A stretch of 49,507 bases of DNA from Thermoproteota archaeon (GCA_027491455.1 JAOZFL010000117.1:1-49507), one strand, 5' to 3'. Positions 19,277-26,853 are shown, counted from the first letter of the stretch. Program-made: numbers and translations. Notes: generated by a model from the sequence alone, not told the origin.

Positions 19277-19528
19277 TTCATGAATATTTCTCGTTCAAGT
19301 TTAAATTTATAACGATTCGCCCAGGAAAACATGTAAGGAAGCAAACCCTGACTTCTACCGAAGATTTTTTTAACAATAACATAAATCTTTTAATTGTTCT
19401 GGTAAAGTTCTATGAGAAAGACAACTCATCAGTCGGAAGAAGTTCAGTAAATTTTTCATCCATGTCTAGTCTGGTCTTACTTTTCATCTATTCCAGCCAT
19501 GTGCAACGTTAAAAACAAAAAGTTTAGA

Positions 19529-19556
19529 GAAACATAGAAATAAATCTCTATGTTTC
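19529..19556. promoter_or_regulatory. Perfect 10-bp inverted repeat GAAACATAGA-N8-TCTATGTTTC immediately upstream of the fbp start
   Basis: Read directly from the sequence. The arms are at 19529-19538 and 19547-19556, 14 nt before the GTG at 19570, and downstream of an A-rich TATA-like stretch (19509-19526). Confidence 0.35.
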
Positions 19557-19569
19557 CTTTAATTGCGAG

Positions 19570-20667
19570 GTGAAGGATTTGAAAATAACTGTTTCAATTA
19601 TAAAGGCCGATGTAGGTTCCCTTGCAGGGCACCATATTGTTCCCTATGAGCTGAAAAGGGAAGCGGAAAGGATACTGATCAAAAGTAAAGAGGAAAAAGA
19701 AGTAATTGATTACTATGTAACTAACTGTGGTGACGACTTAGAGCTGGTATTAACACATGAGAAGGGAAGTGACAGCCCAGAAGTCCATGAATTGGCTTGG
19801 AATATATTTAAGAAGGTAACAGAGAAAGCCAAGGAACTTCATCTATATGCTGCAGGACAAGACCTTCTAAAAGAGGCTTTTTCAGGGAACATAAAAGGGA
19901 TGGGACCGGGAATAGCTGAGATGGAGTTTGATGAAAGGCCATCGGAGCCTATAGTGGTTTTTATGGCTGATAAAACGGAGCCAGGTGCCTTTAATCTACC
20001 TCTGTTCAGGATTTTCGCCGATCCCTTCTGTACTGCAGGCTTAGTGATTGATCCAAGGATGCATGAAGGCTTCAAATTCAGGGTTTTAGATGTCAAAGAA
20101 GGCAAATCAGTTGCGTTGAGTAGTCCCGAGGAAATATACGATATTCTCGCCTTAATAGGAACTACTAATAGATACATAATCCAGGATATACATAGGAAAA
20201 GAGATTATATACCAGTAGCTGCTGTGAGCACAACTAAGCTGAGTTTAATAGCTGGAAGGTACGTGGGCAAAGATGATCCAGTTGCATTAGTAAGGGCCCA
20301 ACACGGATTGCCAGCTGTTGGAGAAATACTTGAAGGATTCAGTTTCCCTCATCTGGTTTCAGGGTGGATGAGGGGAAGCCACATAGGTCCATTGATGCCT
20401 GTTGGCCTTAGCAATGCGAAATGCACTAGATTTGACGGTCCTCCACGAATAGTAGCTCTAGGGTTTCAGCTAATGAATGGGAAACTTATAGGACCAGCTG
20501 ACCTTTTTAACGACCCTGTTTTCGACGAAGCGAGGACACAAGCAAGTCGAATAGCTGATTACTTAAGGAGGCACGGCCCATTTATGCCTCATAGACTTGG
20601 AGCTGATGAAATGGAGTACACCACTCTCCCGGATGTGCTTAAGAAGTTAAAAGATAGGTTTAAATAA
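19570..20667 (+). CDS. fbp: Fructose-1,6-bisphosphate aldolase/phosphatase (class V FBPase)
   Basis: 365 aa. The N-terminus KITVSIIKADVGSLAGHH and the overall length are typical of the archaeal bifunctional FBP A/P. Confidence 0.95.
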   Translation: MKDLKITVSIIKADVGSLAGHHIVPYELKREAERILIKSKEEKEVIDYYVTNCGDDLELVLTHEKGSDSPEVHELAWNIFKKVTEKAKELHLYAAGQDLLKEAFSGNIKGMGPGIAEMEFDERPSEPIVVFMADKTEPGAFNLPLFRIFADPFCTAGLVIDPRMHEGFKFRVLDVKEGKSVALSSPEEIYDILALIGTTNRYIIQDIHRKRDYIPVAAVSTTKLSLIAGRYVGKDDPVALVRAQHGLPAVGEILEGFSFPHLVSGWMRGSHIGPLMPVGLSNAKCTRFDGPPRIVALGFQLMNGKLIGPADLFNDPVFDEARTQASRIADYLRRHGPFMPHRLGADEMEYTTLPDVLKKLKDRFK

Positions 20668-20854
20668 ACATATCACATGTTTAGGTGGAATTAGAGAAAA
20701 ACCTAACGTTCAGAGAGGAAAGTGTTAAAAGTGTTAAAAAATTAATTGAAGCACTTTTAGAAGAAAATTTTTAAATCAGGAGATAATACTGAATGGTAAG
20801 GAGACATAGTTTCCCCTGTATGTCCCCAGCTACCCGTAAGTTCTCAGTCTTAAA

Positions 20855-20910
20855 GCGATGATGTAACTACGCAGAGCATAATTAGATGATGAGGACTTGG
20901 TGGCTGAGTG
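20855..20910 (+). ncRNA. Candidate C/D box sRNA
   Basis: C box ATGATGT (20858-20864), 12-nt spacer, degenerate D' CATA (20877-20880), 5-nt loop, perfect C' ATGATGA (20886-20892), 11-nt spacer, D box CTGA (20904-20907). The box spacing matches archaeal C/D sRNAs. The D' box is poor and there is no clear terminal stem. Confidence 0.3.
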
Positions 20911-20934
20911 ATCACTGGTCTAGAGGTTATTGAA

Positions 20935-21300
20935 ATGGTCAAGAGGACAGGTCCCACTAACCTGCACCTAAAAAGACTGATAAGGAAACTGAAGAAGCAG
21001 TCCAAGAACACTGGAAAGGGGCTATGGAAAAGGGCAGCTGAGTTATTATGTAAACCCAGAAGACAGAAGATAGCTGTGAATCTAAATAAAATTGATAGGT
21101 ACAGCGAACCAGGAGGGACTGTACTTGTACCAGGAAAGGTTCTTGGTCACGGAAAACTGACCCATGAGGTGAAAGTAGCAGCCTATGTTTTTTCCTCAGC
21201 GGCTCTAAAAAAGATAAGAGAGGCAAAAGGAGAGGCCTTGACCATGGAGGAACTTATTGAAAGGAACCCAGAGGGGAAGAGAGTGAAAATTTTAAGGTGA
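20935..21300 (+). CDS. rpl18e: 50S ribosomal protein L18e
   Basis: MVKRTGPTNLHLKRLIRKLKK... is a typical L18e N-terminus. The ATG at 20935 is preceded by GAGGT. The ORF track starts at an upstream GTG at 20908. Confidence 0.9.
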   Translation: MVKRTGPTNLHLKRLIRKLKKQSKNTGKGLWKRAAELLCKPRRQKIAVNLNKIDRYSEPGGTVLVPGKVLGHGKLTHEVKVAAYVFSSAALKKIREAKGEALTMEELIERNPEGKRVKILR

Positions 21301-21749
21301 ATAAATTGAGCTTTGACCTAATAATTGACGGGAACGAAGCAATCATGGGAAGACTAGCCTCAACGGTTGCAAAAGAGCTTCTTAACGGTAAAAGGGTGGC
21401 TATTGTGAACGCAGAGAAAATAATTATTTCAGGGAGTAAGGAGAACATTTTAGAGAGGTATTTAGCGAAAAAAAGGAGGAAAAACCTTGCAAAACCCAGA
21501 AAAGGATCTTTTTACCTTGTCAAACCAGATAAATTGTTCAAGAGGACAGTTAAGGGGATGCTTCCCAAGAAAACTTGGAGAGGCAGAGAAGCCTTAAAGA
21601 GGCTGAAAGTTTACATAGGGATACCGGATGAACTTAAAAAATTTAACCTTACAAAACTACTGGAAGCTAATAAGACCAAGTTGAGCATTAGGTCTAATTA
21701 CCTGACCTTGGATGAACTAGCCAGTTTAACTAGTGATCGGGTGATTTAA
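21297..21749 (+). CDS. rpl13: 50S ribosomal protein L13 (uL13)
   Basis: 150 aa. The GTG start overlaps the rpl18e stop, and the gene follows the conserved L18e-L13-S9-RpoN order. Confidence 0.9.
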   Translation: MNKLSFDLIIDGNEAIMGRLASTVAKELLNGKRVAIVNAEKIIISGSKENILERYLAKKRRKNLAKPRKGSFYLVKPDKLFKRTVKGMLPKKTWRGREALKRLKVYIGIPDELKKFNLTKLLEANKTKLSIRSNYLTLDELASLTSDRVI

Positions 21750-21750
21750 G

Positions 21751-22161
21751 TTGGGTGAAAGGAACATAGTTTTTGCAAGTGCGAAGAGAAAGACTGCCGT
21801 TGCAGCTGTCACAGTAAGGGAAGGCAAGGGAAGGATAAAAATAAATAATGTCCCGCTTGGGCTTTGGCAACCTGAACTTGCTAAATGGAAGATTATGGAA
21901 CCCCTCTTACTTGCAGGAGAGGATATCTCACAAAAAGTGGACATAGATGCAAAGGTGAAGGGAGGCGGGTTTATGAGTCAAGCTGAAGCTGTTCAAACAG
22001 CTATTTCAAGGGCCCTCTATGAGTGGACTAAAAATGAAGACTTAAAGAGAAGATTTATTGAATATAATAGACACATGCTTGTAGGTGATCCTAGACAGAA
22101 AGAACCCAAGAAGTTCGGTGGTAGGGGGGCTAGAGCAAGGTTTCAGAAATCAAAGAGGTGA
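21751..22161 (+). CDS. rps9: 30S ribosomal protein S9 (uS9)
   Basis: 136 aa with SAKRKTAVAAVTV...GGGFMSQAEAV...[24 protein letters not shown], a typical uS9 C-terminus. Confidence 0.9.
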   Translation: MGERNIVFASAKRKTAVAAVTVREGKGRIKINNVPLGLWQPELAKWKIMEPLLLAGEDISQKVDIDAKVKGGGFMSQAEAVQTAISRALYEWTKNEDLKRRFIEYNRHMLVGDPRQKEPKKFGGRGARARFQKSKR

Positions 22162-22395
22162 AGAAAACGATAATACCCGTAAAGCCGTTTTAAACGGCGC
22201 GGAGGGTGTTTCACCTGTGGTAAACTCATAGGACACTTATGGGATAAATATTTAAAGCTTTTAAAGAACGGTAAAAGCCGCAAAGAAGCATTAGATGAGC
22301 TTGGGCTTAAAAGATACTGCTGCAGAAGAATGTTACTTTCATACGTAGATCTCACTGATGAAATACTTGCATATATAGAGGGAAAAGAAGAATAA
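22158..22395 (+). CDS. rpoN: DNA-directed RNA polymerase subunit N (Rpb10 homologue), interrupted by a 22-nt BHB intron. Exon 1 is 22158-22182 and exon 2 is 22205-22395.
   Basis: The GTG start overlaps the rps9 TGA (GTGA). Exon 1 encodes MKKTIIPV plus the first base of an Arg codon. Exon 2, in a different frame, encodes (R)[62 protein letters not shown]. The unspliced frame hits a TAA at 22191. The spliced product is 71 aa with the CxxC...CC zinc ligands intact. Confidence 0.85.
22183..22204 (+). other. 22-nt bulge-helix-bulge (hBHBh') intron within the rpoN mRNA
   Basis: Outer helix AAUAC (22172-22176) pairs with GUGUU (22206-22210). Central 4-bp helix CCGU (22177-22180) pairs with GCGG (22199-22202). 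The 3-nt bulges are AA|A (22181-22183) and AG|G (22203-22205). Inner helix GCCGUUU (22184-22190) pairs with AAACGGC (22192-22198). Cleavage after the second bulge nucleotide joins GTA-A|GG-TGT, giving V-R-C. Confidence 0.8.
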
Positions 22396-22761
22396 TGTAG
22401 CATCTAAGCGGTGACAATATTTGAAAAATGAAAGATTAATTGTTTCCTTTTCCAGGAAATACTTTCACTTCTAACAGAAATAAGATTTGTTTTTTTACAT
22501 GTAAGGCTCTGATGCTTAGAGCCTCTGCAAAGGAATATCCATCAGCTGATGATAACAGCTTGCAATGAAAGGTGTTATCGTTCTATGAGTCCCTTTAACT
22601 AATTAACTTTTGTCAAGTTACATGTAGAGAAAGTTGCATGTTAATTTTATCTCCATGTCAAGCAGATATAGCTTTATAAACTATAATGCCTTCAAATTTC
22701 TTATAGGAAGAATAAAACCTAGAATATCCACCTAATATTTAACCTAGTAGGTGAAGAATGT

Positions 22762-23400
22762 ATGACCAGTGACGAGGCAGGGAAAAAGGAGAAGTATGAA
22801 TTCCTTATAACTCGAAGCACATATTTAAAGGCAGGTGTGCATATCGGTACCAAAATAGCTACGAAGCCTATGAAGAAATATGTTTACACGCTAAGAGCCG
22901 ACGGTCTATACGTCTTGAATCTAAGAAAAGTGGATGAGAGAATCAGGCTTGCGGGCAAATATCTTTCAAGGTTTAACCCGGAAGACGTCTTTGTGTCTTC
23001 TTCAAGAATTTATGCTTTGAAACCCGTCAAGATGTTTGGAGAGGTGACCAGGTTTCACTACGTGGCTGGAAGAACCCCACCTGGGAAGTTCTCAAACTAT
23101 TTGGTTGATGGATTCATGGAACCAGAAGTTATTTTTGTTTCAGATCCGAAACTGGACAAAAGGGTGATGATGGAAGCTGCAAGTAAAGGAATAATGGTTA
23201 TGGCTCTTTGTGACACGAACAACCAGGTTTCATTTGTAGACTTCGTTATCCCAGCTAACAACAAGGGAAGGAAATCCCTTGCATTAATCTATTGGTTAAT
23301 CGCCCGTCAAGTCTTAAGAGAGAGAGGAGAAATACCGCCTGATGGAGATCTTGAGTTAACGCCCAAGGACTTTGAGACAGAGGTAGGTGTAACCTTTTAG
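22762..23400 (+). CDS. rps2: 30S ribosomal protein S2 (uS2)
   Basis: 212 aa with AGVHIGTK...LNLRKVDERIRLAG...VSDPKLDKRVMMEAASKGIMVMALCDTNN, a typical archaeal uS2. Confidence 0.9.
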   Translation: MTSDEAGKKEKYEFLITRSTYLKAGVHIGTKIATKPMKKYVYTLRADGLYVLNLRKVDERIRLAGKYLSRFNPEDVFVSSSRIYALKPVKMFGEVTRFHYVAGRTPPGKFSNYLVDGFMEPEVIFVSDPKLDKRVMMEAASKGIMVMALCDTNNQVSFVDFVIPANNKGRKSLALIYWLIARQVLRERGEIPPDGDLELTPKDFETEVGVTF

Positions 23401-23412
23401 GGAGAAAAAGAA

Positions 23413-24294
23413 ATGAAAACCAGGTTTCCTGTAGCTATAGGTTTCTACCCGGCGTCAAGAAGGGAACTTATAAAAACCATAGAGAATTGTTTAAACTCGG
23501 ATTTAGGTCCAAGAAACTATATATTTGAACCTGAAATGGTGAAGAATAGCAAAGGATTTATTTCTCCACATGCTGGATACATTTACTCTGGGCCAGCGGC
23601 TGCATGGATTTACAAGCTTATTTCAATTAAGAAAGAAGTTGAAACAATCATCTTACTTGGTTTAAGCCATCAGGGTTTCAGCGGGATATTTCTAGATACA
23701 CATGATGTTTGGAGAACACCTATGGGTGAAGCATTGGTTCATAAAGTACTTCTAAACGAAATAAAGGATAAATGCAGTGAATGCCAGTTTAATTCTGGTC
23801 CTCACATATACGAACATTCAATAGAGGTTCAAATTCCCTTCCTCCAATATTTCTTTAAGGATCTAAAGATAGCACCAATAATAGTTTCTGAAAAGTTTTA
23901 CCCGGCCATCAAAGAGTTCAGTGAGGCACTAGCACAGGTTCTGAAGGATAGAAAAGAATCAATAGTGATAGCTTCATCAGATTTTACCCATTACGGGGCC
24001 ATGTACGGCTACTACCCGGCTGGCCTCGATGACCTTGACAAAATAATAAAATGGGTGAAGGAAACTGACAGAGATCTCATAAGTTTCATCGTAAACCTTA
24101 GACCAAGAGAGCTGTTGAGTGAGGTCTTAGAGAGGCAACTGACCATGTGCGGGTTTTCACCGGTTGCAGCTCTACTTATAACGATGAAGAAAGTTGGAGC
24201 GACAAAGGGAAAATTGCTTAAATATTACACCTCATATGATATATCGAGGAGTGCAGAAGCCATTGTTGGTTATGCAGCGCTTGCGATAGTTTAA
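23413..24294 (+). CDS. amrB: MEMO1-family protein (AmmeMemoRadiSam system protein B)
   Basis: 293 aa with FYPA...ISPHAGYIYSGPAAA...EHSIEVQIPFLQ motifs. The position after rps2 is conserved in archaea. Confidence 0.8.
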   Translation: MKTRFPVAIGFYPASRRELIKTIENCLNSDLGPRNYIFEPEMVKNSKGFISPHAGYIYSGPAAAWIYKLISIKKEVETIILLGLSHQGFSGIFLDTHDVWRTPMGEALVHKVLLNEIKDKCSECQFNSGPHIYEHSIEVQIPFLQYFFKDLKIAPIIVSEKFYPAIKEFSEALAQVLKDRKESIVIASSDFTHYGAMYGYYPAGLDDLDKIIKWVKETDRDLISFIVNLRPRELLSEVLERQLTMCGFSPVAALLITMKKVGATKGKLLKYYTSYDISRSAEAIVGYAALAIV

Positions 24295-24306
24295 AGAGGA
24301 TGAGAC

Positions 24307-25374
24307 ATGAGTTACATAGATAAACGGAAGATGGAACACATAGAAATATGTCTTGGTTTCAATGTGAAGTCAGATAAGGAGACACTTTTTGGAGATGTGG
24401 AGTTTATCCATTCATCTCTTCCAGAGATTTCCCTGGAGGAAATAGAGGTTTCAACGGAGTTCCTTAAGAACAAGTTTAAGGTGCCTTTAATAATAACTGG
24501 GATGACCGGGGGACATCCAGTAGCCGAAAATATTAACAGGGAACTAGGCGAAATAGCGGAGGAGATGGGGCTAGGTTTGGGAATTGGAAGCCAAAGACCA
24601 GCTATTGAAAACAGGGAGCTTAGAAAAACCTTTGAAGTTGTTAGAGAAGCAGCCCCGACAGCCTTCATAATAGCAAATATAGGATTATCTCAACTAATAG
24701 AGGGATATGGAGAAAAAGAAATCTTAGAAGCTGTGGAAATGATAGAGGCAAATGCACTTGCCATACACTTGAATCCATTGCAGGAGGCTGTACAGCCAGA
24801 AGGAAATGTGAATTATAGAGGGGGCTTGAAGAAAATAGCTGAGGTATGTAAATACTCCCCTGTCCCCATCATAGTAAAGGAAACAGGTGCTGGTATGTCT
24901 TATGAAACAGCAGAAAAACTTAAAGATGTAGGTGTAAAGGCAATAGACATTTCAGGTGCTGGAGGAACAAGTTGGGGAATAGTTGAACATTACAGGGCAA
25001 GCTGGAGAGGTGAAACCCTTAAAAAGAAAATCGGGAAAACCTTTGGAGGCTGGGGAATACCAACTGCTGCAAGCATATTAGAGACAAAGAAAACAGGTTT
25101 AGAGATAATTGCAAGTGGGGGAATAAGGAATGGAGTAGAAGCAGCAAAGGCCATTGCTCTAGGGGCAGATATAACAGGCCAAGCTCTACCCATACTGAGA
25201 AAACTCATACTAAAAGGGAAAAAAGAGGTAAAAATCCACATAAGAGCATTCATAAACGAGTTTAAAACAGCTATGTTTCTCACTGGGTCTAAGAACATTA
25301 ATGATCTAAAAGGAGCTAGAGTTGTCTTAACAGGTCGACTGTATCAATGGGCTAAACAAAGAAAATTAATATGA
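24307..25374 (+). CDS. fni: Type 2 isopentenyl-diphosphate delta-isomerase (FMN-dependent)
   Basis: 355 aa with RKMEHIEICL...ITGMTGG...GIGSQR...VKETGAG...ISGAGGTSW...ASGGIRNG motifs. Confidence 0.9.
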   Translation: MSYIDKRKMEHIEICLGFNVKSDKETLFGDVEFIHSSLPEISLEEIEVSTEFLKNKFKVPLIITGMTGGHPVAENINRELGEIAEEMGLGLGIGSQRPAIENRELRKTFEVVREAAPTAFIIANIGLSQLIEGYGEKEILEAVEMIEANALAIHLNPLQEAVQPEGNVNYRGGLKKIAEVCKYSPVPIIVKETGAGMSYETAEKLKDVGVKAIDISGAGGTSWGIVEHYRASWRGETLKKKIGKTFGGWGIPTAASILETKKTGLEIIASGGIRNGVEAAKAIALGADITGQALPILRKLILKGKKEVKIHIRAFINEFKTAMFLTGSKNINDLKGARVVLTGRLYQWAKQRKLI

Positions 25375-25536
25375 AAATAAATGCACAGGTCTCAGGTTGA
25401 AGGAAACCTGAACAATTGTCATTGTTCAAAGGCTAGCTGACAGAAGAACCCGTTGCTTTTCCATGTACAAATTTCCAAGTTCTAAAATATGTAACCTTTG
25501 ATGAACAAGCAACTTTGGGGGTTCACCCTCTCAGAA

Positions 25537-25714
25537 CCATGGGTTCATCTAGGTCCTTCATAAATTTTTCCCTGTTAGGATGAACCCGTTTAAATCTTTA
25601 CTAATAAACTGGATGAATTTGGAAAGTAATTAAAGTTTACTCTTCAAATCCATTAACTCGTCTATACAATGGTATTCCCACATGTTATAAACAGTGGTCC
25701 ATGGTCATCTAGGT
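25537..25714. repeat. Direct repeat pair CCATGG(GT)TCATCTAGGT in a non-coding spacer
   Basis: The copies are at 25537-25554 and 25699-25714 and are identical except for a 2-nt indel. GAACCCGTT also occurs twice, at 25446-25454 and 25582-25590. Confidence 0.5.
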
Positions 25715-25945
25715 TTATTTACTCCAAAAACTGTTTCGATAAATCAATGCATCGCGGAGAACATAAATTAAAGGATTTATAAAGGACTCATTTAAAACAA
25801 AGTGATCATTTAAAAACAACCTAAAAGGACAATTTTTATCCTTCTTTTTCTCCAATAGAATTTAAAAATAAAATGCATCTATAAAATAGAGGAAACTTAA
25901 ATTGAAAAATAAACTTATCAAAAGTAAAGGTTAAGTTTCTGGAAA

Positions 25946-26089
25946 GCGACCGTGGTCTAGTCAGAAGGTTTTAAGTGAATTCGCTTAGACATGATAAGGT
26001 TAGGACCCAAGCCCCCCATGCATCTGATGAGCTGCTTCGTCTAGATGCTGAGAGAGCTTGGAGCGCGGGTTCAAATCCCGCCGGTCGCA
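25946..26089 (+). tRNA. tRNA-Gly(CCC) with two introns (about 34 nt in the D-loop and 36 nt at 37/38)
   Basis: GCGACCG TG GTCT AGTC[...intron...]GGTTA GGAC C CAAGC CCCCCA|36-nt intron|A GCTTG GAGC GCGGG TTCAAAT CCCGC CGGTCGC A. The D-arm is homologous to the other tRNA-Gly once the insert is removed. The intron inner helix is GCAUC/GAUGC. Confidence 0.75.
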
Positions 26090-26113
26090 TTCTTCTTCTT
26101 TTACTCATTTGCG

Positions 26114-26800
26114 GTGTTTATTTTGTTGTTTTTTATTTTAGCGGAATCTTCACTGGAGCTGGTTCCCAAGGAAATTCGGAAACACTCTCAGATTAGAAAG
26201 GCTTGTGTTAAAAAGGGCATTAAACCTGAAAAGGAGATTCTGGATGCTTCTTACCATTACAATGCCATCAAAGAGCTTTGTTTTGCTGAAAAAAGAGGTA
26301 GACCCGATATCGTCCATGTTTGTCTGCTTTTTTTACAGGACAGCTTAGTTAACAGAGAAGGAAAACTAAGAGTTTTTATTCACACATTGAACAATAGGGT
26401 CATACATGTCAAGCCAGATGTCAGGATACCTAAGCATTTTGACAGGTTCATTGGTTTGATGAGACAATTACTCAGGGTAGGGAGGGTTCCCTTGAAAGGT
26501 GAACCATTATTATTCGTTGAGGAGAAAAGCATTAAAGATCTGATCAGAGATTTAAAGCCTGAAGCAACTATTGGATTCTCGACGGAGGGCCGGGTAATAA
26601 CTGATTTAATCAGCTTTTTTAAAGGTTTTGGCGCTAATAAGGACTTAGCTGCAGTTGTGGGCGGGTTTCCACATGGAGAATTTTCCCCTGAAACCGTCGA
26701 AGTTTTCGATGACACCATCAGCGTAAGCCGCTATTCCCTTAATGCTTGGACTGTTGCTTCAATAATTCTAAACTGTTACTATTACGCTTTAATTGTTTGA
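26114..26800 (+). CDS. nep1: Ribosomal RNA small subunit methyltransferase Nep1 (EMG1 family)
   Basis: ILAESSLELVPKEI...ILDASYHYNAI...RPDIVHVCLL are Nep1 motifs. The ORF-track start at 26045 lies inside the tRNA-Gly gene. The likely start is the GTG at 26114 or a TTG at 26123 or 26126. Confidence 0.8.
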   Translation: MFILLFFILAESSLELVPKEIRKHSQIRKACVKKGIKPEKEILDASYHYNAIKELCFAEKRGRPDIVHVCLLFLQDSLVNREGKLRVFIHTLNNRVIHVKPDVRIPKHFDRFIGLMRQLLRVGRVPLKGEPLLFVEEKSIKDLIRDLKPEATIGFSTEGRVITDLISFFKGFGANKDLAAVVGGFPHGEFSPETVEVFDDTISVSRYSLNAWTVASIILNCYYYALIV

Positions 26801-26853
26801 TTTTTAAAAAATTTTAAAAAAGAATAACTACAAATACTTGTACATGATTTGAG

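Noticed and set aside
22185-22196. Programmed +1 ribosomal frameshift in rpoN at CCG-UUU-UAA-A. tRNA-Phe could slip from UUU to the overlapping UUU at an in-frame stop, in the style of prfB, giving [22 protein letters not shown].
   Set aside because: The slip is mechanistically possible. However, it would insert 7 extra residues into the tightly conserved zinc-binding N-terminus. Removing exactly 22 nt restores the consensus IIPVRCFTCGK, and the flanks form a complete BHB motif with correctly placed 3-nt bulges. The intron explanation fits much better. The frameshift is kept as the explicit alternative to test.
22158-22395. rpoN as a pseudogene or an assembly indel
   Set aside because: RpoN is an essential RNAP subunit, and the rest of the gene is intact with all zinc ligands present. 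A random 22-nt insertion would not be expected to build a perfect hBHBh' structure with its exon flanks. An artefact cannot be fully excluded without reads.
22143-22403. 86-aa minus-strand ORF covering the rpoN locus
   Set aside because: It is antisense to a clearly recognisable rpoN coding sequence, has no recognisable family, and is a shadow ORF.
26005-26040. C/D-box-like motifs (CUGAUGA ... CUGA) inside the tRNA-Gly(CCC) anticodon intron, reminiscent of the Haloferax tRNA-Trp intron-encoded C/D sRNA
   Set aside because: Only 17 nt separate the boxes, so there is no room for guide, D' and C' elements. The sequences flanking the boxes cannot pair to form a K-turn, and the C of the C box is used in the BHB inner helix GCAUC/GAUGC. 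This is most likely a coincidence.
25975-26196. 73-aa ORF, and the 5' extension of the 26045 ORF
   Set aside because: Both run through the tRNA-Gly(CCC) gene. The Nep1 homology only starts around ILAESSLELVP, so the CDS was trimmed to a start at 26114-26126.
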